NCBI RefSeq assembly: GCF_004765795.1
Contig: NZ_SBIV01000005.1
Location: 62,001-126,000 of the forward strand
Direction: 5' to 3'
Source of the DNA: Halorussus marinus
GTDB lineage: Archaea; Halobacteriota; Halobacteria; Halobacteriales; Haladaptataceae
DNA length: 64,000 bases
In this document: positions 9,040-17,088 of the stretch, piece by piece
Numbering within the stretch: the stretch's first letter is position 1
How the letters are laid out: the number at the start of each line of letters is the position of its first letter
The notes under the pieces: model-generated
What the model saw: only the letters and a program-made list of their open reading frames with translations
Told to the model about the DNA's origin: nothing
Databases searched by the model: none
Position numbers and translations under genes: made by a program

Positions 9040-9330
9040 ATGGCCGAGACGCTCACCGGCGAAGTGCTCCACGTCGTCCCGCCCGAGAAGCTCGACGAGT
9101 ACGACCTCGACGACGACCTCAGGCGGCTCGCCGAGTCCCGGTACGTGCTCGTCTGTCGAAAGGGCGGTGCGCCCTCGCTGATCGAGCGCGTCCGGTCGTT
9201 CCTGCTCCGGGACCCGATCGAACCCGTGACGCTCGTGGCCGACGCCGACCCCGAGGAGGGCGAGGAGGTGACCGCGACCGTCGAGGCGACGCCGATCGCG
9301 GGCGTCTACGACGTGCGGGACCTCCGGTGA
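9040..9330 (+). CDS. Hypothetical protein (96 aa)
   Basis: Acidic ORF with host-like codon usage lying between the P450 and TIM-barrel genes. Confidence 0.75.
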   Translation: MAETLTGEVLHVVPPEKLDEYDLDDDLRRLAESRYVLVCRKGGAPSLIERVRSFLLRDPIEPVTLVADADPEEGEEVTATVEATPIAGVYDVRDLR

Positions 9331-9408
9331 GCCCGCCGAGCCCGTCGGCCGCCTGCTCGGCGCCGAGCCCGTGACAACTGGTTTGTCCGAGGCCGTCGTG
9401 GGTGGGCT

Positions 9409-10257
9409 ATGGCCGACCTCGCGTTCTCGACGAACGCCTACACGAACCACTCGCTTTCCGAGGCCGTCGACCGGATCGCCGACCACGGCTACGCCGGCGT
9501 CGAACTGCTCGGCGACGCCCCCCACGCGTACTTCCCCGAGTTCGGCGACGAGGACCGCCGAGCCCTGACGGCGGCGCTCGATGCGACCGACCTCGCGGTG
9601 TCGAACGTCAACGCAAACACCGCGATGGGGTACTACGACGACGCCCCGCCGTCGGCGTTCTTCGAGCCGAGCCTCATCACCGCCGACGACGACCGCCGGT
9701 CGTGGCGGGTCGAGTACACCAAGCGCGCGATCGACCTCGCCGACGCGGTCGGATCGCCGGCGGTCTGCGTCGCGACCGGGCGGCCGTTGCCCGGAAACCC
9801 GCCCGAGCGCGCCCGCGAGCACCTCGAAGCGTCGCTCGACGAGATCCTCGACTACGCCGAGCCTCGCGGCGTCGAGGTCGGCATCGAGTTCGAGCCCGAA
9901 CTCCTGATCGAGTGCACCGACGAGGTGCTCGAACTGATCGAGACGGTCGACCGCGACGCGCTCGGGGTGAACCTCGATCTGGGCCACGCCGCGGTGTACG
10001 GCGAGGACCTCGCCGAGACCATCGAGCGCACCGCCGGCCGCGTCACCGGGGTCCACCTCGAAGACATCGTCGGCGGCCGGCGCGGGAAACACTACCACCG
10101 GATCCCCGGCGAGGGCGATCTGGACTTCGCCTCGATCTTCGACGCGCTCGACGACGCCGGCTACGACGGCTTCGTGACGATGGAGCTGTACACCTACCCC
10201 GACGAGCCCGACCGGGCGGCCCGCGAGTCGATGGAGCAACTGAACCGGTACGTCTGA
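9409..10257 (+). CDS. Sugar phosphate isomerase/epimerase (xylose isomerase-like TIM barrel), ebo-cluster associated
   Basis: FSTNAY, GYAGVELL, IEFEPE, NLDLGH, VHLED, H..PGEG, GYDGFVTMELY metal-binding pattern. Confidence 0.9.
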   Translation: MADLAFSTNAYTNHSLSEAVDRIADHGYAGVELLGDAPHAYFPEFGDEDRRALTAALDATDLAVSNVNANTAMGYYDDAPPSAFFEPSLITADDDRRSWRVEYTKRAIDLADAVGSPAVCVATGRPLPGNPPERAREHLEASLDEILDYAEPRGVEVGIEFEPELLIECTDEVLELIETVDRDALGVNLDLGHAAVYGEDLAETIERTAGRVTGVHLEDIVGGRRGKHYHRIPGEGDLDFASIFDALDDAGYDGFVTMELYTYPDEPDRAARESMEQLNRYV

Positions 10258-10258
10258 C

Positions 10259-11536
10259 CTACGACTCCGCGGCGGCCGACCGGATCGCGTCGGCGAGCAC
10301 GTCGACCGCCAGCGGAATGCTGTCCTCGTCGACGTCGAACGTCGCGGTGTGGTGGCCGGTCGGGTTGCTCGATCCGACGCCGACGTACGTCGCCTCGCCG
10401 CCGCGTTGCTGGACGGCCCGCATCAGCCGGGTGGCGTCTTCGCTCCCGCCGAGCGCGTCCTCGTCGCCGTCGAGGACGGTCGCCCCGCGGTCTTCGGCGG
10501 CCGCCGAGACCGCATCGACCAGTCGGTCGTCGCACTCGGCGCTCGGCGCGCCGTCGCCGAACTCGACGGAGGCCTCACAGCCGTGCTTCTCGGCGGCGGC
10601 CCGCAGGACGGTCTCGGCCCGGTCCTGCATGTAGTCTCGCAGTTCGGTGGTCTCGCCCCTGACCTCGCCCTCGATGAACGCCTCCTCGGCGACGATGTTG
10701 GTCGCGGTGCCGCCCCCGACGACCCCCGCGTTGACCCGGGTCGCGCCGTCGCCGTGGCGCGGGATGCCGTAGAGGTCCTCGACCGCCGCCGCCATCGCCC
10801 GGACGGCGTTGGCCCCGCCGTCGGGGTCGTTGCCGGCGTGGGCCGGCTCGCCGTCGAACTCCGCGTCGAAGCCGTTGATCGCGAGGAACGACTCGATGCC
10901 CGGGATGACGGTCCCGACCTCCCGATCGAGCCCGACGTGGACCGCCAACAGCGAGTCGACGTCTTCGAGGTGGCCGCTCCCGACGATCGAGGCGGCGCCG
11001 GCGCCCAGTTCCTCGGCGGGCTGGAAGAAGACCTTGAGCGTGCCCTCGAAATCGCTGTCGGCGATCGCCTCGACGACCCCGACTCCGATCGCGGCGTGGG
11101 CGTCGTGGCCGCAGGCGTGCATCCGGTCGTCGAACCGCGAACGGAACCCCTCGGCCGCGGGGTAGTGGTCGTCGTCGGTCGACTCGCGCTGGGGCAACGC
11201 GTCGATGTCGACCCGGAGCCCGACGGTCGGCCCCTCGCCGCGCTCGATCACGGCCACGGCGCCGGTGTAGCCGTCGCCGACCTCGTCGAGGAACGCCTCG
11301 TCGACGCCCGCCTCGCGGGCCCGTTCGCGCTCGCGCTCGAGGTCCTCGTCGGCGGGCGGTCGGAGCCGGTCTTCGGTCAGCATCTCGGGGCCGACGTGGA
11401 GCTCGTCGACGCCGATCGATTCGAGCTCCTCGACGATGCGGGCGGTGGTGTAGAACTCACACCAGCTGAGCTCGGGGTGTTCGTGCAGGTCTCGCCGGAG
11501 CCGGATCAGCCGGCTCTCGGAGTCGGTCGTCGCCAT
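10259..11536 (-). CDS. M20D amidohydrolase (AbgA-like)
   Basis: LRRDLHEHPELSW, LRVDIDALP, MHACGHDAH, FFQPAEE, GGSEDA, HHTATFDVDE; start at ATG 11536. Confidence 0.93.
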   Translation of the reverse strand: MATTDSESRLIRLRRDLHEHPELSWCEFYTTARIVEELESIGVDELHVGPEMLTEDRLRPPADEDLERERERAREAGVDEAFLDEVGDGYTGAVAVIERGEGPTVGLRVDIDALPQRESTDDDHYPAAEGFRSRFDDRMHACGHDAHAAIGVGVVEAIADSDFEGTLKVFFQPAEELGAGAASIVGSGHLEDVDSLLAVHVGLDREVGTVIPGIESFLAINGFDAEFDGEPAHAGNDPDGGANAVRAMAAAVEDLYGIPRHGDGATRVNAGVVGGGTATNIVAEEAFIEGEVRGETTELRDYMQDRAETVLRAAAEKHGCEASVEFGDGAPSAECDDRLVDAVSAAAEDRGATVLDGDEDALGGSEDATRLMRAVQQRGGEATYVGVGSSNPTGHHTATFDVDEDSIPLAVDVLADAIRSAAAES

Positions 11537-11601
11537 GGCTCCACGAACGAACAGTGGTCCCATTAAACACACTGAACCGGCAGGCCGGGACCGTCCGGCG
11601 A

Positions 11602-12987
11602 TCACGCTCGATCGAGTAGCGACGGCGCCTCGAAGCCGGCGTCGAGGCCCTCGACGCCAAGCAGGTCGGCGAGCGTCGGCGCGACCGCCCGGGCGTCGAC
11701 CGCCCCGTCGGCGACCGACTCGTCGGGCGCGGCCGGGCCGCCGAACCCGTAGACGCCGAGCGTCGCGTCGTCGACCCGCCCGTGCGAGCCCTGAATCTTC
11801 GAGGGGTCGAGCGACGCCAGCCCCTCGTCGCCGAAAAAGAGCTCGCAGGGGTCGAAGCCCGGTTTCGCGTGGATGTCCATGTCCGTGGCGTAGTAGGGGG
11901 CGTCGGCGCGGTCGGTCCACCAGTAGTACTGGAACCACGCCGTCGGCTCGGCGACGACCACGAGGTCGCCCGCGTTCGGGTGGTCGAGGCCGTACTCCGC
12001 CCGGTCGTCGCCGGTCGCGATCCGATCGATCCCGTCGAGGTCCGCGAGCGCCTCGCGGGCGTCCCCGATCGCCCCTCCGTCGGCGTAGACGTGGGCGACC
12101 TGATGGTCGACCATGGCGAACGCCGCCGACCCGGCTACGTCGACCTCCTCGCCGCCCTCGCCGTCGTCCCGCACGGCGAGCAGGTCGGCCGCCCGGAGCG
12201 CGCGGTTCGGGAAGACGGGCGTCTCGACCGCGTGGAAGCCGTACTCGCTGACGACGTTGATCGCGGTCTCGTTCCACCGGTCGCCGCCCCGGAGGAACTC
12301 GAGAAACTCCCCGACCATCGCGTCGACGGTCTCGACCGCCGCGGCCTGCTCGTCGGAGTCGGGGCCGTACCGCTGGCCGTCGTAGTCGAGGTGGGGGACG
12401 TACACCCACAGCAGATCGGGGTCGTAGCGCTCGACCGCCTCGCGGGCGGCGGTCAGGATCCACTCGGTGCCCCGCTCGTTGGCGCCCGGCCCCCAGTAGT
12501 GGTGGAGCGGGAAGTGACCGTGGTCGGCCTCCAGGTGGTCGTAGAAGTCGTCGGGGTTGGTCCAGCAGTTCATCTCGATCAGGTCGTTGTTCTCGTCCTC
12601 GATCGGCGAGGGAGTCACCGCCACGTCGGCGGACGTCCCGATGAGGTGCTGGAAGAACAGCGCGCCGGTCGTGAGCCCGGCGTCGCTGGCGGTCTCCCAG
12701 AGCCGGTCGCGGTCGCCCCGGTCGCGCTCCCAGAACGCCACGTCGTCGGTCGCCCGGTCGTACTCGCCGCTCGAAACGTCGCCGTGGGTCGCGGGCGACT
12801 GGCCGGTCGCGAGCGTCGTCTGGACCGGGACGGTCACCGCCGGGAACGGCGGCCGGAGGTCGGCGGTCGGGCCGCCGTCGAGCAGTTCGGTCAGGTTGGG
12901 CGCGCGACCGCCGCCGAGGTGGTCGCGCTGGAGCCCGACCACGTCGAGGACGATCGCCCGACCCGCGGCGCCCCCGGCCCCGCTCAT
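11602..12987 (-). CDS. Alkaline phosphatase superfamily nucleotide pyrophosphatase/phosphodiesterase (EboF-like)
   Basis: LDVVGL, FPAVT, YVPHLDY, VSEYG, VDHQVAHVY, DIHAKPGFDPCELF, GSHG; its ATG overlaps the ino1 stop (ATGA). Confidence 0.88.
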   Translation of the reverse strand: MSGAGGAAGRAIVLDVVGLQRDHLGGGRAPNLTELLDGGPTADLRPPFPAVTVPVQTTLATGQSPATHGDVSSGEYDRATDDVAFWERDRGDRDRLWETASDAGLTTGALFFQHLIGTSADVAVTPSPIEDENNDLIEMNCWTNPDDFYDHLEADHGHFPLHHYWGPGANERGTEWILTAAREAVERYDPDLLWVYVPHLDYDGQRYGPDSDEQAAAVETVDAMVGEFLEFLRGGDRWNETAINVVSEYGFHAVETPVFPNRALRAADLLAVRDDGEGGEEVDVAGSAAFAMVDHQVAHVYADGGAIGDAREALADLDGIDRIATGDDRAEYGLDHPNAGDLVVVAEPTAWFQYYWWTDRADAPYYATDMDIHAKPGFDPCELFFGDEGLASLDPSKIQGSHGRVDDATLGVYGFGGPAAPDESVADGAVDARAVAPTLADLLGVEGLDAGFEAPSLLDRA

Positions 12988-14201
12988 CGGTCGGCCTCCG
13001 TCCCGGACGAGCCCGCGTGGCGCTCGACGTAGGCTTCGAGCAGGTCGAACTGCCGGGAGAGGTCGTGCTCGTCGACGCCGAGCGGCGACTTGAAGAACGA
13101 CGCGAGCTGGGGCTGGACCCCCGACTCGCCGGCCTCGTCGGCGTGGGCCGCGAGCCGTACGAGGTCGAGGACGAGGGGCGCGGCCAGCGCCGAGTCCGAG
13201 CCCTCCCAGGTGAACTGCATGGTCATCTGGGTGTCGAGAAACCCCTCGAAGTGGATGTAGTCCCACGCGGTCTTCCAGTCGCCCAGCGACGGCGTGTAGT
13301 CGATCCGCACCCGGTTGTGGCCCATGTCCGGGAGGATCGAGTCGAGCACGCCGCCCTTGCTGGCGAGCTTACCGGCCTCGTTGGCCTCGTCTTCGAGCAC
13401 CTGCCCGTCGGTGTTGCCGAGGATGTTGTGGCCCTCCCACGACATGACCCGGAGGTTCCGCCCGGCGAACATCGGCGCGAGCGCCGACTTCACGAGCGTC
13501 TCGCCGGTCTTCGCGTCTCGACCCATGTGGGGGACGCCCTCCTGGCGGGCGAGGTCGTCGAGCCCGTCGAGCGCCGACCCGGTGCTGGGCGTGAAGTTGA
13601 CGTACGGGTGGCCGTCGGCGATCGCGGCGTAGGCGTACAGCGAACTCGCGGGGAGGTCCTGATCGTCGTCCGCGATGGCGCGTTCGACCGCCTCGCGGGT
13701 GTCGTATCGGTCGGGGGCCGCGAGCTCTGGCTCGGTCGAGGCCACGTTGACCACGACCAGTCGGTCGGCGTCGACCGCCCGGCGGAACGACTCGTAGTCG
13801 TCCCGGATCTGGTCGACGACCTCCTCGACGCCGAAGCGGTCTTCGAGCGGCGGCCCGTCCCCGAGATCCGCGACCGCCTCGCCGCAGTTGACGGCGGTCC
13901 CCGTCTTGATCCGGCCGTCGATCTCGCGGAGGTCCTCGGCCACCGCCTCGACGGTCTCGGCGGTCGGGACCCCGCTCTCGGAGAGCGACCGGGCGGTCTC
14001 GACCAGCCCCGTCTCCCGGATGTCGTGGCCGCCGAACGCGAACTCCTCGACCGCGGGCAGGTCGAGGCGCGACGCGGGTTCGCGGCCCGTCACCATCCCC
14101 GTCTCGTCCGTCCGACCGTGCGCGATCGCGCGCGCGCCCGCCATCGCAGTCGTCGCAACGTTGCCGCGCGCCCCGATCAGCCAGACCCCTGTTTTCGTCA
14201 T
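12984..14201 (-). CDS. ino1: Myo-inositol-1(3)-phosphate synthase
   Basis: GARGNVAT Rossmann motif, VNVASTE, YVNFTPS, GRDAKTGETL, NILGNTDG, SK, DWKTAWD, DSALAAPLVLD, FFKSP. Confidence 0.93.
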   Translation of the reverse strand: MTKTGVWLIGARGNVATTAMAGARAIAHGRTDETGMVTGREPASRLDLPAVEEFAFGGHDIRETGLVETARSLSESGVPTAETVEAVAEDLREIDGRIKTGTAVNCGEAVADLGDGPPLEDRFGVEEVVDQIRDDYESFRRAVDADRLVVVNVASTEPELAAPDRYDTREAVERAIADDDQDLPASSLYAYAAIADGHPYVNFTPSTGSALDGLDDLARQEGVPHMGRDAKTGETLVKSALAPMFAGRNLRVMSWEGHNILGNTDGQVLEDEANEAGKLASKGGVLDSILPDMGHNRVRIDYTPSLGDWKTAWDYIHFEGFLDTQMTMQFTWEGSDSALAAPLVLDLVRLAAHADEAGESGVQPQLASFFKSPLGVDEHDLSRQFDLLEAYVERHAGSSGTEADR

Positions 14202-14254
14202 CCCAACCGAGTACGCCAGCGAGCCCCTTCGTTCTTATGGGCTACCTGAGATGT

Positions 14255-14270
14255 TTTTCCGGGCGGAAAA
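14255..14270. promoter_or_regulatory. Palindrome in the divergent ino1/tatD promoter region (candidate operator)
   Basis: TTTTCCG-GG-CGGAAAA with perfect 7-bp arms, inside an AT-richer intergenic region. Confidence 0.35.
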
Positions 14271-14371
14271 TACGACCCCGGCAAGTCGCGGCCGTTCCTG
14301 CCGGCAGTATAGTATCACTACGATGAGGAAACAACTCCATAACAAAGTGGCTACGGGCCGGTATCCCGACG

Positions 14372-15172
14372 ATGCGGATCATCGACCCACACATGCACAT
14401 GGTGTCCCGGTCGAGCGACGACTACGAGCGCGCTCGACGCGCGGGCATCGAGTGCTGTATCGAACCGGCGTTCTGGAGCGGCACCGACAAGCGACACGCC
14501 GAGTCGTTTTTCGACTACTTCGAGCAGATCATCGACTTCGAGACCGACCGCGCCGAGCGGGCGGCGGGGATGGACCACTACGTCACCATCGCGCTCGAAC
14601 CGAAAGAGGCCAACTACCCCGAGATGGCCGACCGAGTCATGGAACGCATTCCCGAGTACCTCGACCGCGAGAACGTGGTCGGAGTCGGCGAAATCGGACT
14701 CGATCAGGGCACCGACGAAGAAGAAGAGGCGTTCCGGCGCCAGCTCCGGATGGCCGAGGAGCGCGAGCTCCCGGTCATCGTCCACACGCCCCACGAGAAC
14801 AAGCCCGAGGGGACCGAGCGCCTCGTCGAACTGATCGAAGACGAGGGCGCGACCCAAGAGCGGATCATCATCGACCACAACACCGTCGACACCGTCGAAA
14901 CCGCGGTGGCGACCGACTGCTGGGTCGGGTTCACTCTCTACCCCGGCAAGATCGAAGCCGAGGCCGCCATCGACCTGCTCGAAGAGCACGGCACCGACAA
15001 GATGATCCTCAACAGCGCGGCCGACTGGGACCCCTCCGACCCGCTGGCGGTCCCGAAGGCCCGCGACAAGATGCTCGATCGGGGCTGGGACCGCGATGCG
15101 GTCCGGAAGGTCGTCTTCGACAACCCCTACGAGTTTTTCGACCAGTCGCCGAACTTCGACTACGAGCGGTGA
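14372..15172 (+). CDS. TatD-family metallohydrolase (EboB-like)
   Basis: IDPHMHMVSRSSDDY, EPAFW, VGEIGL, VIVHTPH, IIDHN, GFTLYP, NSAADW.PSDPLAVPK; matches the ebo-type TatD subfamily pattern. Confidence 0.9.
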   Translation: MRIIDPHMHMVSRSSDDYERARRAGIECCIEPAFWSGTDKRHAESFFDYFEQIIDFETDRAERAAGMDHYVTIALEPKEANYPEMADRVMERIPEYLDRENVVGVGEIGLDQGTDEEEEAFRRQLRMAEERELPVIVHTPHENKPEGTERLVELIEDEGATQERIIIDHNTVDTVETAVATDCWVGFTLYPGKIEAEAAIDLLEEHGTDKMILNSAADWDPSDPLAVPKARDKMLDRGWDRDAVRKVVFDNPYEFFDQSPNFDYER

Positions 15173-15174
15173 CG

Positions 15175-16002
15175 ATGGAGTTCGCATTCTCAGCCAACGC
15201 GTTTCAGGAGTACACTCCGGTCGAGACCGTCGAGGAGCTCGCGGCCATCGGCTACGACGGCGTCGAACTGCTGTTGGGGGGCTCGCACCTCCACCCCGAC
15301 GACACCGGCCCCGACGAGATTCGGGCGGTCGAGGACGCCCTCGAGGAGACCGGGCTCGCGATCAGCAACTGCAACGCGTTTATGGTGTCCGAGGAGGACT
15401 TCCAGCATCCGTCGTACATCGAGAAAGACCCCGAGTACCGCCGCGAGCGCGTCGAGTACACGCTGGGCGCGCTCGAACTGGCCGACGCGTTCGGCGCCGA
15501 GTACATCTCCGTCCAGCCCGGCGGGCCGATCCCCGAGGGCAAGTCCCGCGAGTGGGGGATGGAGACGTTCGCCGAGAGCATCCGCGAGGTGGTCCCGGCC
15601 GCCGAGGAACTCGGCGTCGACGTGCTCGTCGAGCCCGAACCCGACCTCCTGATCGAGACCACCGACCACTTCCTCGACTTCGTCGACCGGATCGACTCCG
15701 AGGCGGTCGGCTGTAACTTCGACGCGGGCCACCTGTTCTGCGTCGGCGAGGACCCCGCCGCCGCGGTCGAGCGCCTCGAAGCCCACACCGGCCACTACCA
15801 CGTCGAGGACATCCCCGAGGACCGGAGCCACGAGCACACCCAACTGGGCGAGGGCGCGATGGACATCGAGGGCTTTCTCGACGCGGTCGCGTCGACGGGC
15901 TACGACGGGTTCGTCACGGTGGAGCTCTACCCGTATCGGGAGACCGCCGCCGAGACCGCGCGCGAGGCGTACGCGTACCTCGACGAGCGCGGGTGGGCGT
16001 AG
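15175..16002 (+). CDS. Sugar phosphate isomerase/epimerase (TIM barrel), paralog of 9409-10257
   Basis: ATG 15175; FSANAF, GYDGVELL, VEPEPDLLIE, NFDAGH, YHVED, GEG, GYDGFVTVELY. Confidence 0.9.
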   Translation: MEFAFSANAFQEYTPVETVEELAAIGYDGVELLLGGSHLHPDDTGPDEIRAVEDALEETGLAISNCNAFMVSEEDFQHPSYIEKDPEYRRERVEYTLGALELADAFGAEYISVQPGGPIPEGKSREWGMETFAESIREVVPAAEELGVDVLVEPEPDLLIETTDHFLDFVDRIDSEAVGCNFDAGHLFCVGEDPAAAVERLEAHTGHYHVEDIPEDRSHEHTQLGEGAMDIEGFLDAVASTGYDGFVTVELYPYRETAAETAREAYAYLDERGWA

Positions 16003-16935
16003 GTGGGCGTGACTCGGAGCGACGCGACCGGCCTCCGGGCCGCGGTCGGCGCGTACGCCGAACTGCTCCGGGTCCCGAACCTCTTTACCGCGCCGCCCGA
16101 CGTGATCGTCGGCGCGGCGCTGGCCGCGGCCGCCGGCGCGACGGTCCCGCTCGGTGCGACCGCGGGGCTCGCGGTCGCGTCCGCCCTGCTCTACGCCGGG
16201 GGCACCACGCTGAACGACTACTTCGACGCCGCGGTCGACGCCGCCGAGCGCCCCGAGCGCCCGATCCCCTCCGGACGGGTCTCGCGGGCGGCCGCGCTCG
16301 GCGTCGGCCTCTCGCTTTTGGGCGGCGGCGTCGCGGTGGCGGCCGCGGCCGGCGGCGCTCGCGGGGGGCTGGTCGCGGCGGCGCTCGCGGCGGCGGTGGT
16401 GCTGTACGACGCCGGGCTGAAGGGTAGCGCTCCGGGATTTCTGACGATGGGATCGACGCGCGGGCTCAACGTCTTTCTGGGCACGACCGCCGCCGGGCTC
16501 GCGCCCTCGGTGGCCCCGGCGTGGCTGTTCGCGGTCCCGGTCGTCGTCGCCGGCTACATCGCGGCGGTGACGTCTATGGCCGCCGACGAGGCGACCGGCG
16601 GGGACCGGCGGGCGATCGCGCTCGCGGGCGCGGCCGCCGTCGCGGCGGGCGTCGTGGCCCCCGCGCTCGTCTGGGCGGTCGGGCCCGGCGCGGTCGCCGT
16701 CGGGGCGAGCGGGCTCGCCGCGGTCGGCTTCCTCGCGTGGACGGGCGGCGCTCTCCGGGCGGCGTACCGCGACCCGACGCCCGAGACCGTCGGCCCCGCG
16801 GTCGGCACCTGCGTCCTCGGGCTCGTCGCCCTCGACGCGGCGTTCGCGGCCGTCGCTGGGGCCGAGTGGGCCGCGGTCGCGCTCGCGTTTCTCCTCCCGG
16901 CGGTCGGGCTCTCTCGGGCGTTCGACGTCTCCTGA
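16003..16935 (+). CDS. UbiA-family prenyltransferase (EboC/SCO3242-like)
   Basis: ELLRVPNLFTAPPD, NDYFDAAVDAAERPERPIPSGRV, LYD..LK, MG..RGLN; multiple TM helices. Confidence 0.9.
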   Translation: MGVTRSDATGLRAAVGAYAELLRVPNLFTAPPDVIVGAALAAAAGATVPLGATAGLAVASALLYAGGTTLNDYFDAAVDAAERPERPIPSGRVSRAAALGVGLSLLGGGVAVAAAAGGARGGLVAAALAAAVVLYDAGLKGSAPGFLTMGSTRGLNVFLGTTAAGLAPSVAPAWLFAVPVVVAGYIAAVTSMAADEATGGDRRAIALAGAAAVAAGVVAPALVWAVGPGAVAVGASGLAAVGFLAWTGGALRAAYRDPTPETVGPAVGTCVLGLVALDAAFAAVAGAEWAAVALAFLLPAVGLSRAFDVS

Positions 16936-17088
16936 GTCCCGCCGCCGAACCGGGAAAGTTCGGTCGGCCGAAATCTCGTGTTGCGAATCGGTAGCTCCGC
17001 CGTAATATGGCTGACGGGCAGGAAATCAGGTGTTTGTCTCGGAAACGGTATTCGGAGACTATATGGGTCGGCGTCGGCGGATGAGTGG

